A stretch of DNA of 63,726 nucleotides, filler included, from an uncultured Acidimicrobiia bacterium (GTDB taxonomy: Bacteria > Actinomycetota > Acidimicrobiia > Spongiisociales > JAOTWH01), in assembly GCA_964347285.1 (NCBI GenBank). It is 7 parts of 4 records of this genome, joined end to end, with 100 filler letters (N's around TTAATTAATTAA, not from the genome) between each part and the next. Parts side by side here need not be neighbours in the genome. Positions count along the whole stretch, not along the records: positions 22,161 to 33,234 come from CAYFYE010000002.1; positions 33,335 to 40,288 come from CAYFYE010000002.1; 5 more parts are not named here. The stretch is one strand, 5' to 3'. Position 1 is the stretch's first letter, and every line of letters starts with the position of its first letter. A program made the position numbers and the translations under genes. This document shows, in pieces, positions 28,935 to 37,923 of this stretch. The notes beneath the pieces were generated by a model. It saw only the letters and a program-made list of their open reading frames with translations. It had not been told where the DNA came from and did no database searches.

Positions 28935-29350
28935 GGGCGAGGCTTCGACTCCCACCAGGCCCAGCGTTCCACTGCGATCGAGATGACCGGGCCGGTCGGG
29001 GGTTGACGACGATACTGGGGGTACTTGGCAGCCAGCCACGCGACGGCGTCGGCGTGCTCGGGTCCGGCCTCGACTACCCGGGCCGTTCCATCGGCCCGTA
29101 CCCACCACAGCCGGTTCCAGTCGGTGGCGTAGTGGTCGACCAGAGCCGTCACCCGGGGCTCGGCGGCGATGTTCTCGAGCCGGGCCAGTCGGCCGCCGGA
29201 CTTCGGCTTGTGGTCGATGGCGGACACGATCAGGTCGCCGCGGGTGGCGAAGGTGATCGGCACCAAATGGGGATCGCCTCGGGGCCGGATCGTGGCCAGT
29301 CGAGCCACCGATGCCCCGGAAAACCGGCGTCGGGCCTCAGCCTGGTCCAC
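28931..29350 (-). CDS. PPOX-class F420-dependent oxidoreductase (Rv0121/TIGR03668-like)
   Basis: 'VARLAT...PHLVPITFA...IDHKPK...RLENI...DHY..DW..LWWVRADG'. Confidence 0.88.
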   Translation of the reverse strand: MDQAEARRRFSGASVARLATIRPRGDPHLVPITFATRGDLIVSAIDHKPKSGGRLARLENIAAEPRVTALVDHYATDWNRLWWVRADGTARVVEAGPEHADAVAWLAAKYPQYRRQPPTGPVISIAVERWAWWESKPRP

Positions 29351-29392
29351 CAGGTCCTCCTCGGCGATCGATCCCCTTCGTCGATCCGATCA

Positions 29393-30830
29393 CTATGAGC
29401 CGTCGGAGCCGGCCGCACCGCCCGGACGGGTCCAGTCGGTGTGGTGGGACTCTCCCCGGGGCCGATCGATCCGTTCGTAGGTGTGGGCTCCGAAGTAGTC
29501 GCGCTGGGCCTGGATGAGGTTGGCCGGCAGGCGGGCGGTCCGGAATCCGTCGTAGAAGGCGAGGGCGGCCGAGTAAGCGGGCACCGGGATTCCGGCGTCG
29601 ACCGCGGCCGCCACGACTCGCCGCCAGCCGGCCTGCGCCGCGGCCACCTCATCGGCGAAGAAGGGATGGAGGAGGAGGTTCTCCAGATCAGGGTCGCCGG
29701 CGAACGCGACACGGATCTCTTCGAGGAACGCCGAGCGGATGATGGTTCCGCCGCTCCACATCGTGGCGATGTTGCCGAAATCGAGTCGCCAATCCCGTTC
29801 CGCAGATGCCTGGGCCAGCAGCATGAATCCCTGGGCGTAGGAAACGATCTTCGACGCGTAGAGGGCATCTCCGATATCGGGGAGCAGCGTATCGGGGTCG
29901 CCGGGGATCCTCTGGGAAGGACCGCGAAGGACGGCGGCGGCCTCGATCCGCAGGTTCTTCAGCGACGAGAGAATGCGGGCATAGACCGCCTCGGCAACCA
30001 GGCTGACCGGGGAGCCGAGGTCCATCGACGAGATGACCGTCCACTTGCCGGTGCCCTTCTGACCGGCCGCATCGAGGACTCGCTCCACCAACGGGGTGCC
30101 GTCGTCGTCACGGACGGCCATGATGTCGGCGGTGATGCCCACCAAATAGGACTCGAGCTTCCCGTCGTTCCACGAGGCGAACACCTCGGCCAGCCGGTCG
30201 GCACTCAGACCCAGCCCCGAGCTCATCAGGTGGTAGGCCTCGGCGATCAGCTGCATGTCGCCGTATTCGATGCCGTTGTGGACCATCTTGACGTAGTGGC
30301 CGGCGCCGTCGGGGCCCACCCAGTTGCAGCACGGTGTGCCGTCGTCGAGCTTGGCGGCAATGGTCTGGAAGAGGTCGCTCACCAGGGGCCAGGCCGCCGC
30401 CGAGCCGCCGGGCATCAGTGAGGGCCCCCGTCGGGCCCCCGCCTCCCCGCCCGAGATTCCGGTGCCGACGAACAGCAGCCCGGCGTCCTCGAGCATCCGG
30501 GTGCGACGAATCGAATCCTCGTAGAGAGAGTTTCCCCCGTCGATGACGACGTCGCCGGGGGAGAGGAGAGGGATCAGCTGCTCGATCACCCGATCCACCG
30601 GAGGACCGGCCTGGATCATCAGCATCACCCGTCGGGGCCGCTGCAGGGACGCCACCAGTTCCTCGAGCGTGTGGGTGCNNNNNNNNNNNNNNNNNNNNNN
30701 NNNNNNNNNNNNNNNNNNNNNNGACGGCCACCGTGAATCCGTGGTCGTTCATGTTGAGGACCAGGTTCTGACCCATCACCGCCAGGCCGATCAGGCCGAT
30801 GTCGGCGGCGGGGTGAGGGGGAGTGCTCAT
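29393..30830 (-). CDS. gndA: NADP-dependent 6-phosphogluconate dehydrogenase (spans 44-N gap at 30679-30722)
   Basis: '[13 protein letters not shown]', 'IDGGNS', '[17 protein letters not shown]', 'GQKGTGKW', '[14 protein letters not shown]'. Confidence 0.96.
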
Positions 30831-30939
30831 GGGCCGCGGATGATGCTACGCACCTGCGGAGCGCGGGTGGTCCGGGCTCGCCGAATCGTGTCACAGGTGG
30901 CCGGTACGGTGTCTACACGAGCGAACCGGAGGTCGAACC

Positions 30940-31146
30940 ATGGTGATCGATTGCACCGAGTGCCAGATGCAGCACACCACTGCCTGCCAGGATTGTGTGG
31001 TCGCCCACGTGCTGGGAGACCTGTCCGGCCCGCTCGAGTTCGAATCCGAGCAAGCCGAAGCACTCGAGATCCTCGCCGACGCCGGACTGGTGGCTCCGCT
31101 CCGCCTGGTCCGGCGCGGCGAGCCCGACGCGGCCGCCGCCGGGTAG
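30940..31146 (+). CDS. Small Cys-rich protein (CxxC-x7-CxxC)
   Basis: 'MVIDCTECQMQHTTACQDCVV...LADAGLVAPLRLV'; GGAGG RBS. Confidence 0.75.
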   Translation: MVIDCTECQMQHTTACQDCVVAHVLGDLSGPLEFESEQAEALEILADAGLVAPLRLVRRGEPDAAAAG

Positions 31147-31222
31147 GGGCGGGGCCGCCGCCGACCGGCCGAGCGGAGCGGACGGGGGCCTCCGCCCGGC
31201 CCGGCCGGCCTAGGCTGCACCG

Positions 31223-32311
31223 GTGGAACTGCTCCGCCGGATCGAGAAGGCGGCCCGGGAGGCCGGGGTAGCCGGCTGGGGGGTGTGCGCCGCCGATCCC
31301 TTCCCCGAGGTCCGTTCCGCCATCGAAGTCCGGGTGCGCCGGGGCCTGTCTGCCGAGATGCGTTTCACGTACGCTCGCCCCGAGGTGTCCACCGACGTTC
31401 GGGTCTCCTTTCCCTGGGCAACCCGATTGGTGGTGGCGGCCTGGGCCTACCTGCCGTCGGCGGGCGACCCGGGCGCGCCGACCGCCGGTACCGGTCGCAT
31501 CGCCCGGTTCGCCACCGACGATCACTACCGGGGCCTGCGGGCCACCCTGGCCGTCTTCTCCGAGCTCCTCGACGGCGCCGGCTACCGCTCGGAGGTCCTC
31601 TGTGACGACAACCGGTTGGTAGACCGGGCGGCCGCGGTGCGGGCCGGGATCGGCTGGTGGGGCAAGAACACGATGGTGCTGGCTCCCAGGTACGGCCCAT
31701 GGCTGCTGCTGGGCGCGGTGGTCACCGACGCTCCCCTCGAGATCTCGAAGCCGATGCGGCGGGACTGCGGAACCTGTATCGCCTGCATTCCGGCATGTCC
31801 AACCGGCGCACTGGTGAGCCCGGGCGTGCTCGACGCCCGGCGGTGCCTCGCTCACCTGGCCCAGGCACCGGGCGTGATCCCGGCCGAGTACCGGGAGGCC
31901 ATGGGTGACCGTTGGTACGGCTGCGACGATTGCCTCGATGCCTGCCCTCCCGGGCAACGGCTGGTCGAGGAGGCCCGGACCCCACGGGGTCGCATCGACC
32001 TCCTCGAGGTGCTGGGGAGCGATGATCGATCGCTGCTGGCGCGCTTCGAGCACTTCTACATTCCCCGTCGTCGGGCCCGATACCTGCGACGCAACGCGCT
32101 CGTGGCCATAGGCAACGTCGGGGGCGACGGGGCGCTCGGCGTGGTTTCCGGATACCTGGGTCACCCCGACCGGATTCTCCGCCTGCACGCCGCCTGGGCT
32201 CTGGGCCGGCTGGGGGGACCGGTGGCTCGGGCCGCCCTCACCCACCGAAGGGCACACGAGGTTGATCGAGGCGTGGTCGAGGAGATCGGGGCGGCACTCG
32301 ACGGCAGGTGA
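31223..32311 (+). CDS. queG: tRNA epoxyqueuosine reductase
   Basis: 'IARFA..DHY', 'DRAAAVRAGIGWWGKN', 'CGTCIACIPACPTGA', 'RC', 'YGCDDCLDACP', HEAT-like tail. Confidence 0.92.
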   Translation: MELLRRIEKAAREAGVAGWGVCAADPFPEVRSAIEVRVRRGLSAEMRFTYARPEVSTDVRVSFPWATRLVVAAWAYLPSAGDPGAPTAGTGRIARFATDDHYRGLRATLAVFSELLDGAGYRSEVLCDDNRLVDRAAAVRAGIGWWGKNTMVLAPRYGPWLLLGAVVTDAPLEISKPMRRDCGTCIACIPACPTGALVSPGVLDARRCLAHLAQAPGVIPAEYREAMGDRWYGCDDCLDACPPGQRLVEEARTPRGRIDLLEVLGSDDRSLLARFEHFYIPRRRARYLRRNALVAIGNVGGDGALGVVSGYLGHPDRILRLHAAWALGRLGGPVARAALTHRRAHEVDRGVVEEIGAALDGR

Positions 32312-32371
32312 GGATGGGCCGCCCGGCACCGGCTACCGTGCCGCTCCGAAGCGAGGCGGGGTCGAGTGGCG

Positions 32372-33130
32372 ATGAGGTTGGCGTCCGACATTCATGGCGC
32401 GGTCGCCGCGCTGAGGCGAATGGCGGCACGCCCGGGGCCCTTGGTGATCCTCGGCGACCTCATCAACTTCATCGACTATCGAACCTATGACGGGATCGTC
32501 ACCGAGGTCACCGGCCGGAACTTCGTCGCCGAGATGGTGCGTCTGCGCACCGGGGGCGACTTCGAGGCGGCGGGGGCGCTGTGGCGGAGCTTCCGGCAGG
32601 GACGGGAAGAAGAGCTGGCGCGCCGCTACCAGCAGCTCATCGAGGAGGCCTATGCCGAGATCTGCCCGGCGCTGGCCGGTTCTGGTGCTTACGTCACCTA
32701 CGGCAACGTCGACCATCCCACCGTCCTGCGCCGCCACCTACCCCCGGACTGTACGTTCATCGAGGCGGGCGTAGTGGAGATCGAGGGGTTGGCCGTCGGT
32801 ATCGCTGGGGGAGGTGTTCCTTCGCCTCTCCAGGTACCCGGAGAGGTCGCCGACGACGAGATGGGCGCTCGGCTGAGTTCTCTGGGCCACATCGATGTGC
32901 TCTGCACCCACGTGGCACCCGCCATCGACCCTCTCCAAACCGACGTGATCGGGGGCCGCCAGAAGGGCTCGACGGTCGTCCTCGAATACGTGCTCCACGT
33001 GCAGCCGGCCTTCCACTATTTCGGCGACATCCATCAGCCGCAGGCAGTTTCGTGGCGCCTGGGGAATACGGTGTTCCGCAACGTTGGATACTTTCGGGCC
33101 ACCGGGCGGGGCATCGAGCACAGGCCGTAA
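32372..33130 (+). CDS. Metallophosphoesterase
   Basis: 'SDIHG', 'LGDL', 'YGNVD', 'LCTH', 'FGDIHQP'. Confidence 0.85.
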   Translation: MRLASDIHGAVAALRRMAARPGPLVILGDLINFIDYRTYDGIVTEVTGRNFVAEMVRLRTGGDFEAAGALWRSFRQGREEELARRYQQLIEEAYAEICPALAGSGAYVTYGNVDHPTVLRRHLPPDCTFIEAGVVEIEGLAVGIAGGGVPSPLQVPGEVADDEMGARLSSLGHIDVLCTHVAPAIDPLQTDVIGGRQKGSTVVLEYVLHVQPAFHYFGDIHQPQAVSWRLGNTVFRNVGYFRATGRGIEHRP

Positions 33131-33180
33131 TCGAAGCCTCCGCACACTACGCTTTTCACCACATCCATCGAGGAGCCGAG

Positions 33181-33234
33181 ATGGAGGCAACGATTCGGGC
33201 CACTGAGTCGTCGGCATCCGCCGAGCGGCTCTTC
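33181..33234 (+). CDS. N-terminal fragment, possibly SRPBCC family
   Basis: GAGGAG RBS and ATG; only 18 codons before the linker. Confidence 0.3.
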
Positions 33235-33334
33235 NNNNNNNNNNNNNNNNNNNNNNNNNNNNNNNNNNNNNNNNNNNNTTAATTAATTAANNNNNNNNNN
33301 NNNNNNNNNNNNNNNNNNNNNNNNNNNNNNNNNN
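33235..33334. other. Artificial contig linker
   Basis: N44-TTAATTAATTAA-N44. Confidence 0.97.
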
Positions 33335-33492
33335 TGACGGCGCTCAACGTGATCGGGGTGGGTGAGATCTCCACCCTGACGTTCCAGATCGCCTTCGGTG
33401 CGATAGGCGTGGCCTTCGCGATCGCCTTCGGCGTCGGAGGCATCGACACCGCCAAGAGGTGGTGGGCCAAGAGGCTGGCACCGCGCGAGTAG
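33335..33492 (+). CDS. C-terminal fragment of a membrane protein (MscS/TM-helix type)
   Basis: 'ALNVIGVGEISTLTFQIAFGAIGVAFAIAFGVGGIDTAKRWW...' ending at TAG 33490-33492. Confidence 0.6.
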
Positions 33493-33513
33493 GGCCGGGC
33501 CTACCGACAGAGC

Positions 33514-33542
33514 GAACGGGGACGGCTCGGCCGTCCCCGTTC
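33514..33542. terminator. Hairpin between convergent genes
   Basis: GAACGGGGACGGC-TCG-GCCGTCCCCGTTC, 13-bp perfect stem. Confidence 0.65.
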
Positions 33543-33563
33543 TCGTGGGTAGGTCCGTCCCGG

Positions 33564-35219
33564 CTACTCCGGGTCGGCCGCGCCGAGGGCGGCCCGCTTG
33601 GCGGCCGAGCGGCGCTCGCTCTCCAGGCGGGACAGCTCGTAGTCGTTGTGGTCGACATGCTTCATGGCGTCGGCGATGAGCCGATGTCCGGCCTGGTCCC
33701 TGATGAGACGGTGCATCTGCTGGCACACCCGGCGGTAGCCGGGATGCCCCCCCTGGGTGGTGCGCAGCTCGAGAAGGTGGAAGGCCTCGCGAACATTGAG
33801 ATGGAAGTAGAAGCGGATCTTGTACGCAAAGGGGACGACGTATTGGGCGACGTGCGGACCGTGGGCGGCGACGACCCGCTCCCACAGGGCGGCGGTACGG
33901 TCCATCGCTTCCCGCCACACGTCTGCGCCGTCGATGTCGGCGATCGAACCGGGCAACACGTAACCGTGGTCGGGGGTGAGGCGTTGCCACTCGATCGTGA
34001 GCAACCGGTGCCGTTGCAGATCGCGAAAGATGCCGTAGTCGCACAGGATGTCGAAGCGGTACGAGCTCCGCTCCATGCCCCGGCCCGGCTTGTGGCGCCG
34101 GTTGGAGCGCTCTCCGGCATAGGCGCGCAGGATGGAAGCTCGCTCATCATCGCTCATCCCTCGCACCGTTTCGAGTAGTTGATCGTCGGGCACGTCCACA
34201 TAGGGGTAGAGGGCGGCCGCGGCCAGCTTGAGCTCGGCGTCGGGGTCCCATTCGGTGAGGACCACCTCCGGACGCGGCTCGGGGCTCAAGCCGAGCCCGG
34301 CGGCGATGTCGCTCATCTCTGCGGCGACGTCGCGGAGGTATTGCGACCACCGTCCCCCGCGGTCGGGGACGTCGACCCGCCGCATGAATGCCGGGATCAC
34401 CTTGCGCAACTCGGTGAGCATGAGGTCGGCGTAGTGGCGGACCTCGGCCAGTGGATGGGCCCGCATGCGCAGCATCATCATCTCGTAGGCCTGGCCGGTG
34501 CCGTAGATTCCGACGTTGGAGAGGGTCGAGGCGGGAAGCAGGCCCCGCACGTCGTCGCACGCTTTGGCCTTGATGGTGGAGCGGTAGATGAAATCGGAGT
34601 CGTCCGGATCCTTCGGATACAACGTCTCGAAGTAGGGGACCAGCCGCTGCACCAGCTCCCCGTACCTGGCAAACAGCCAGTCGGCGGTTGCCTCGTACTC
34701 CTCGCCCAGCGGTGTGCCCCGTATCTCGGGTGGTGTCAAGTAGCGATAGCGGTCACCGAGCAGCTGGTCGTAGTACAGGTAGCGGGTGCTCTGCTCGAGA
34801 TAGGCGGCCAGGCGGCCCCATTCGAGCACCTTGGTGAGGATGTTGGACGCCTGTTCGCACGCCAGGTGCACGCCGCCCAGCTGGGCCACCGAGTCGTCGC
34901 CGTACTGATTGAAGACTCGCTGGTAGAGGGCCTCGGCCCTCTCGACGTCGACCAGGTCCTGGGCGTCGGGTCCCAATGCCCCGATGCCCAGCTCGGGTTG
35001 GTTGAAGAACTCGTCCAGGAAGAGTCGGCGCACCGATTTTGAAGAGCGGCTGTAACGAGCGAACAACGCTCCTTTGACCACCTCGGGGAGGTTGACGAGT
35101 GCGAAGACCGGGCCGTCTATGTTGGTGAAGAAGCGGGAGAGGACGTCCCGCTCTTCATCCGTGAACGACTCCGCGAAGTACGCCGGGGAAGCGGCAACGG
35201 GAGTGGTGCCGATGGCCAC
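33564..35219 (-). CDS. thyX: FAD-dependent thymidylate synthase, long two-domain form
   Basis: 'KGALFARYSRS', 'YGDDSVAQL', 'LEQSTRY', second domain 'FRDLQRHR', 'LELRT..GGHP.YR'. Confidence 0.82.
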   Translation of the reverse strand: MAIGTTPVAASPAYFAESFTDEERDVLSRFFTNIDGPVFALVNLPEVVKGALFARYSRSSKSVRRLFLDEFFNQPELGIGALGPDAQDLVDVERAEALYQRVFNQYGDDSVAQLGGVHLACEQASNILTKVLEWGRLAAYLEQSTRYLYYDQLLGDRYRYLTPPEIRGTPLGEEYEATADWLFARYGELVQRLVPYFETLYPKDPDDSDFIYRSTIKAKACDDVRGLLPASTLSNVGIYGTGQAYEMMMLRMRAHPLAEVRHYADLMLTELRKVIPAFMRRVDVPDRGGRWSQYLRDVAAEMSDIAAGLGLSPEPRPEVVLTEWDPDAELKLAAAALYPYVDVPDDQLLETVRGMSDDERASILRAYAGERSNRRHKPGRGMERSSYRFDILCDYGIFRDLQRHRLLTIEWQRLTPDHGYVLPGSIADIDGADVWREAMDRTAALWERVVAAHGPHVAQYVVPFAYKIRFYFHLNVREAFHLLELRTTQGGHPGYRRVCQQMHRLIRDQAGHRLIADAMKHVDHNDYELSRLESERRSAAKRAALGAADPE

Positions 35220-35304
35220 GACAGGAGCGTAATTACATGCGTGCGATTCGGCAAGTCGGCGGGCCTATTCCGACTTCCGCTCTCGTGGTCCTATCTTGTC
35301 ACTC

Positions 35305-35625
35305 ATGACCACCCTGCGGGTCCTCGCCGTAATCCTCGTGCTCGCCATCATCGCAGTGGCCGCAGTGCCGCTCCTGGTCGTCGCCGACCTGGTGGGCGGG
35401 GGCGACGGGTGGGGCCTGTGCCCCGAAGGCCTGAGCTCGTGTCACACCTCCTACTTCGAGGGGCCCGAGCTGGCCGCCCTTCTGGCGGCGGCCACCTTCG
35501 TCTTGGTGGCGTTGCTTCGGCTGGTGTTCGTCGTCCAGCAACGATTGGAGAAACGTCGGAGCCGCCGGCTCAGTGGGCCGGTGTCACCGCCTCGGCCGCC
35601 GGCACGTCGTCCCCCTTCGGCGTGA
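35305..35625 (+). CDS. Small membrane protein with Cys pair in loop
   Basis: Two TM helices flanking 'GWGLCPEGLSSC'; TATCTT -10 seven nt before ATG. Confidence 0.6.
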   Translation: MTTLRVLAVILVLAIIAVAAVPLLVVADLVGGGDGWGLCPEGLSSCHTSYFEGPELAALLAAATFVLVALLRLVFVVQQRLEKRRSRRLSGPVSPPRPPARRPPSA

Positions 35626-36451
35626 AGAACAGCACGAGGTAGATTCCGACCAGGATCAAACCGGCCCCCACCCAGCCCGGGCCGGTCAGCCGCTCATCGA
35701 GGACCACTGCGGCAGTGGCGGCGGCGAACGCCGGCTCGAGGGAGAGGATGATGGCCGTACGTGATGGGCCTACGACCGTCTGTGACCAGACCTGCAGGAG
35801 GAAGGCGAAGGCGCTGACGGCGAGGCCGGTGAACACGACCGCGCCCAGCACTTCGCCGGAGGGAAGCGGAAGGCCGTCGATCGGAGCCGCCAGCAGGAGC
35901 GACAGCGCGGCGGTGGTGAGCAGCTGGACCGCAGTCAGCGGGACGACCGCATGGCGAGGTGCCACCCGCGCCAGCACGACGATGTGGCCGGCGAACGCCA
36001 GCGCGCACGCCATGGTGAGCAGATCACCCGATTGCAGGGAGAAGTCCTCGCCCACCGTCAACAGTGCCAGACCTGCAAAAGACAACGTCGCGCCGGCAAC
36101 GACCCGGTAGCGGACGGCGCGGCGGGCGACCACGGCCACGACGAAGGGCGTGAAGACCACGTAGAGACCGGTGATCAGCCCGGAGTTGGCGGCGGTGGTA
36201 CGGGCCAGGCCCAGGGTCTGCAGGGCATAACCGGCGAACAGGAGCACGCCGGCTCCGACCCCGTCCCGCCACAGCCGCGCCGTCCGAGGCCGGACCAAGG
36301 CCAGAAGGACGGCACTGCCGATCAGGAATCGCCAACCGACAAAGGACAAGGGGGGGAGGGTGGTGATGGCCTCCTTGATCACGACGAACGTGGCCCCGAA
36401 TAGGAAGCTGGCCACCACCAGGGCGAGGTAGGCAACGGGCGTGCGGCGCAC
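35570..36451 (-). CDS. DMT/EamA family transporter
   Basis: 'GATFVVIK', 'GYALQTLGL..TTAANSGLITGL', 'LSLEPAFA'; about 10 TM helices. Confidence 0.9.
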   Translation of the reverse strand: MRRTPVAYLALVVASFLFGATFVVIKEAITTLPPLSFVGWRFLIGSAVLLALVRPRTARLWRDGVGAGVLLFAGYALQTLGLARTTAANSGLITGLYVVFTPFVVAVVARRAVRYRVVAGATLSFAGLALLTVGEDFSLQSGDLLTMACALAFAGHIVVLARVAPRHAVVPLTAVQLLTTAALSLLLAAPIDGLPLPSGEVLGAVVFTGLAVSAFAFLLQVWSQTVVGPSRTAIILSLEPAFAAATAAVVLDERLTGPGWVGAGLILVGIYLVLFFTPKGDDVPAAEAVTPAH

Positions 36452-36478
36452 CCGTCGAGGTTACGGATTTTGGACGGC

Positions 36479-36859
36479 TCAGCCGAGCCGTTTGGTGAGC
36501 GAGGACAGTCCCCCGGCCAAAGCCAGCAGCGTCGAGACAAGCAGGATCCACGGTCCCGGGCCGAGCGACCCGCCGCCGTCGTCGGCGGCCTTGACGGCGT
36601 CGGCCAGCTTGAACGCCGCGAAGGTCACGGCCAGCCCGGCGATGGCTATGGCGACCAGCGCCGCCGGAGCCCGAAGACCCTCGGCGCGATCACCGAACAC
36701 CGCCAGAAGTGCCGGAATGCCGAGGGCTGCGGCTGCCGGCCAGGCATCGCCCTCGAAGCCGTTGACCGAGCCCTGGACCGGCAGTTCGAGGAAAGGAAAG
36801 GCCAGCGCCGCCAGTGCCGCCGCCGCGCCGAGGAGGATGATGATACGGGAGCGATGCAC
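36479..36859 (-). CDS. Hypothetical membrane protein
   Basis: Four hydrophobic segments; TAACGT -10 six nt before GTG. Confidence 0.6.
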   Translation of the reverse strand: MHRSRIIILLGAAAALAALAFPFLELPVQGSVNGFEGDAWPAAAALGIPALLAVFGDRAEGLRAPAALVAIAIAGLAVTFAAFKLADAVKAADDGGGSLGPGPWILLVSTLLALAGGLSSLTKRLG

Positions 36860-36942
36860 CGGGCCACGTTACCGGGCCGGGCCTATCCGGCTCCCGTGCC
36901 GGCCGGCCGCCGAGCGACTCAGAGGGGCTTCCACACCTCGAT

Positions 36943-37920
36943 TCAGCGCTCCAATCCGGCCGCGTGGAGCGCATCGGCCAACCACGACTGGTAGATCTCG
37001 AAGAGCCTGAGGGATCCCGAATCGGCATGTCCGAGGCCGATGAGTGCCCAGCAGATGGCATCGAGGATGCTGAAGATCCTGCCGGCCTTGGCCGATTCCT
37101 CGATTGCCTTGCCGGTCAGCCAAGACCAACGATCGCGAGCCGTCATCCAATAGGCAGCAGCATCCACGTGGGAGATGTCAATTGCCGGTGGTCCCCAGCC
37201 GGCTTCCCCCCAATCGAAGGGCAAGAGAACGAGTCGGCCATTCTCCTGCCGCACTCGCAAGTTCTTGTCGGCAAAATCGCCGTGGACCAGCGTCCATGGT
37301 GGTCCCGCACACATTGCCTCCAACTGATCCCAGCGGGATTCGAGCAGATCACACTGCGCCATGACGGCCGGCAGAGAGAGGTCGCCGGCCCGAAGCTCGC
37401 GAGCATCGTCGAGATAGCCGTGAATGGTTTCCCGGGCCGACCGGAGGCGCTCTAAGTAGCTTCGGGGCCCTTTGTGGGGCAGGCCGTTGACCACCGGAAT
37501 ACCTGTCGCAGTGGAATGCATGAGGGCCAACCAGCGGGCGCGGAGGAGGCGGTGCTCCCCCGACTGGGCAGAATACGGCTCTCCGCCAACGGACTCCAGA
37601 AAAAGCCAGCTGTATTCCCCGTTTGCTTCGTCCACCTTGCCGTAGTAGCTGGGGGAATGGATGGAAAGGAGAGGGATGACGTCCCGGTAGACGGCATCCT
37701 CGACCACGGCGTTGATCTGCCGGCATCGTTTGCCGATCACGGCCGAACCGCCCGGACCCACGCCGGCGAGCCGGCACACCACTTCCTTGTGCGGCTTTCC
37801 CTTCAGGATCTCGATGCTGCTCGGCGCTTTGGCGGCCGGATCCAAATCACGCCAGGCCTGAAAGGCCAGGTGCTCAAGCAGGTCGGCATTCGGCGGTTCG
37901 CCGGGCACACGCCCATCCAT
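36943..37920 (-). CDS. Aminoglycoside phosphotransferase (APH/kinase-like) family protein
   Basis: 'WLFLE', Brenner motif 'TLVHGDFADKN', 'FDWGEAGWG'. Confidence 0.8.
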   Translation of the reverse strand: MDGRVPGEPPNADLLEHLAFQAWRDLDPAAKAPSSIEILKGKPHKEVVCRLAGVGPGGSAVIGKRCRQINAVVEDAVYRDVIPLLSIHSPSYYGKVDEANGEYSWLFLESVGGEPYSAQSGEHRLLRARWLALMHSTATGIPVVNGLPHKGPRSYLERLRSARETIHGYLDDARELRAGDLSLPAVMAQCDLLESRWDQLEAMCAGPPWTLVHGDFADKNLRVRQENGRLVLLPFDWGEAGWGPPAIDISHVDAAAYWMTARDRWSWLTGKAIEESAKAGRIFSILDAICWALIGLGHADSGSLRLFEIYQSWLADALHAAGLER

Positions 37921-37923
37921 CCG

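Noticed and set aside
30679..30722. gnd appearing as two ORFs (pseudogene)
   Set aside because: The break coincides with a 44-N gap and both halves are intact
32309..32371. queG TGA in frame with the downstream phosphoesterase, followed by a weak hairpin (possible Sec read-through or fusion)
   Set aside because: The TGA is at the natural C-terminus, not a catalytic Cys site; the linker would be an Arg-rich non-domain peptide; the next gene has its own ATG
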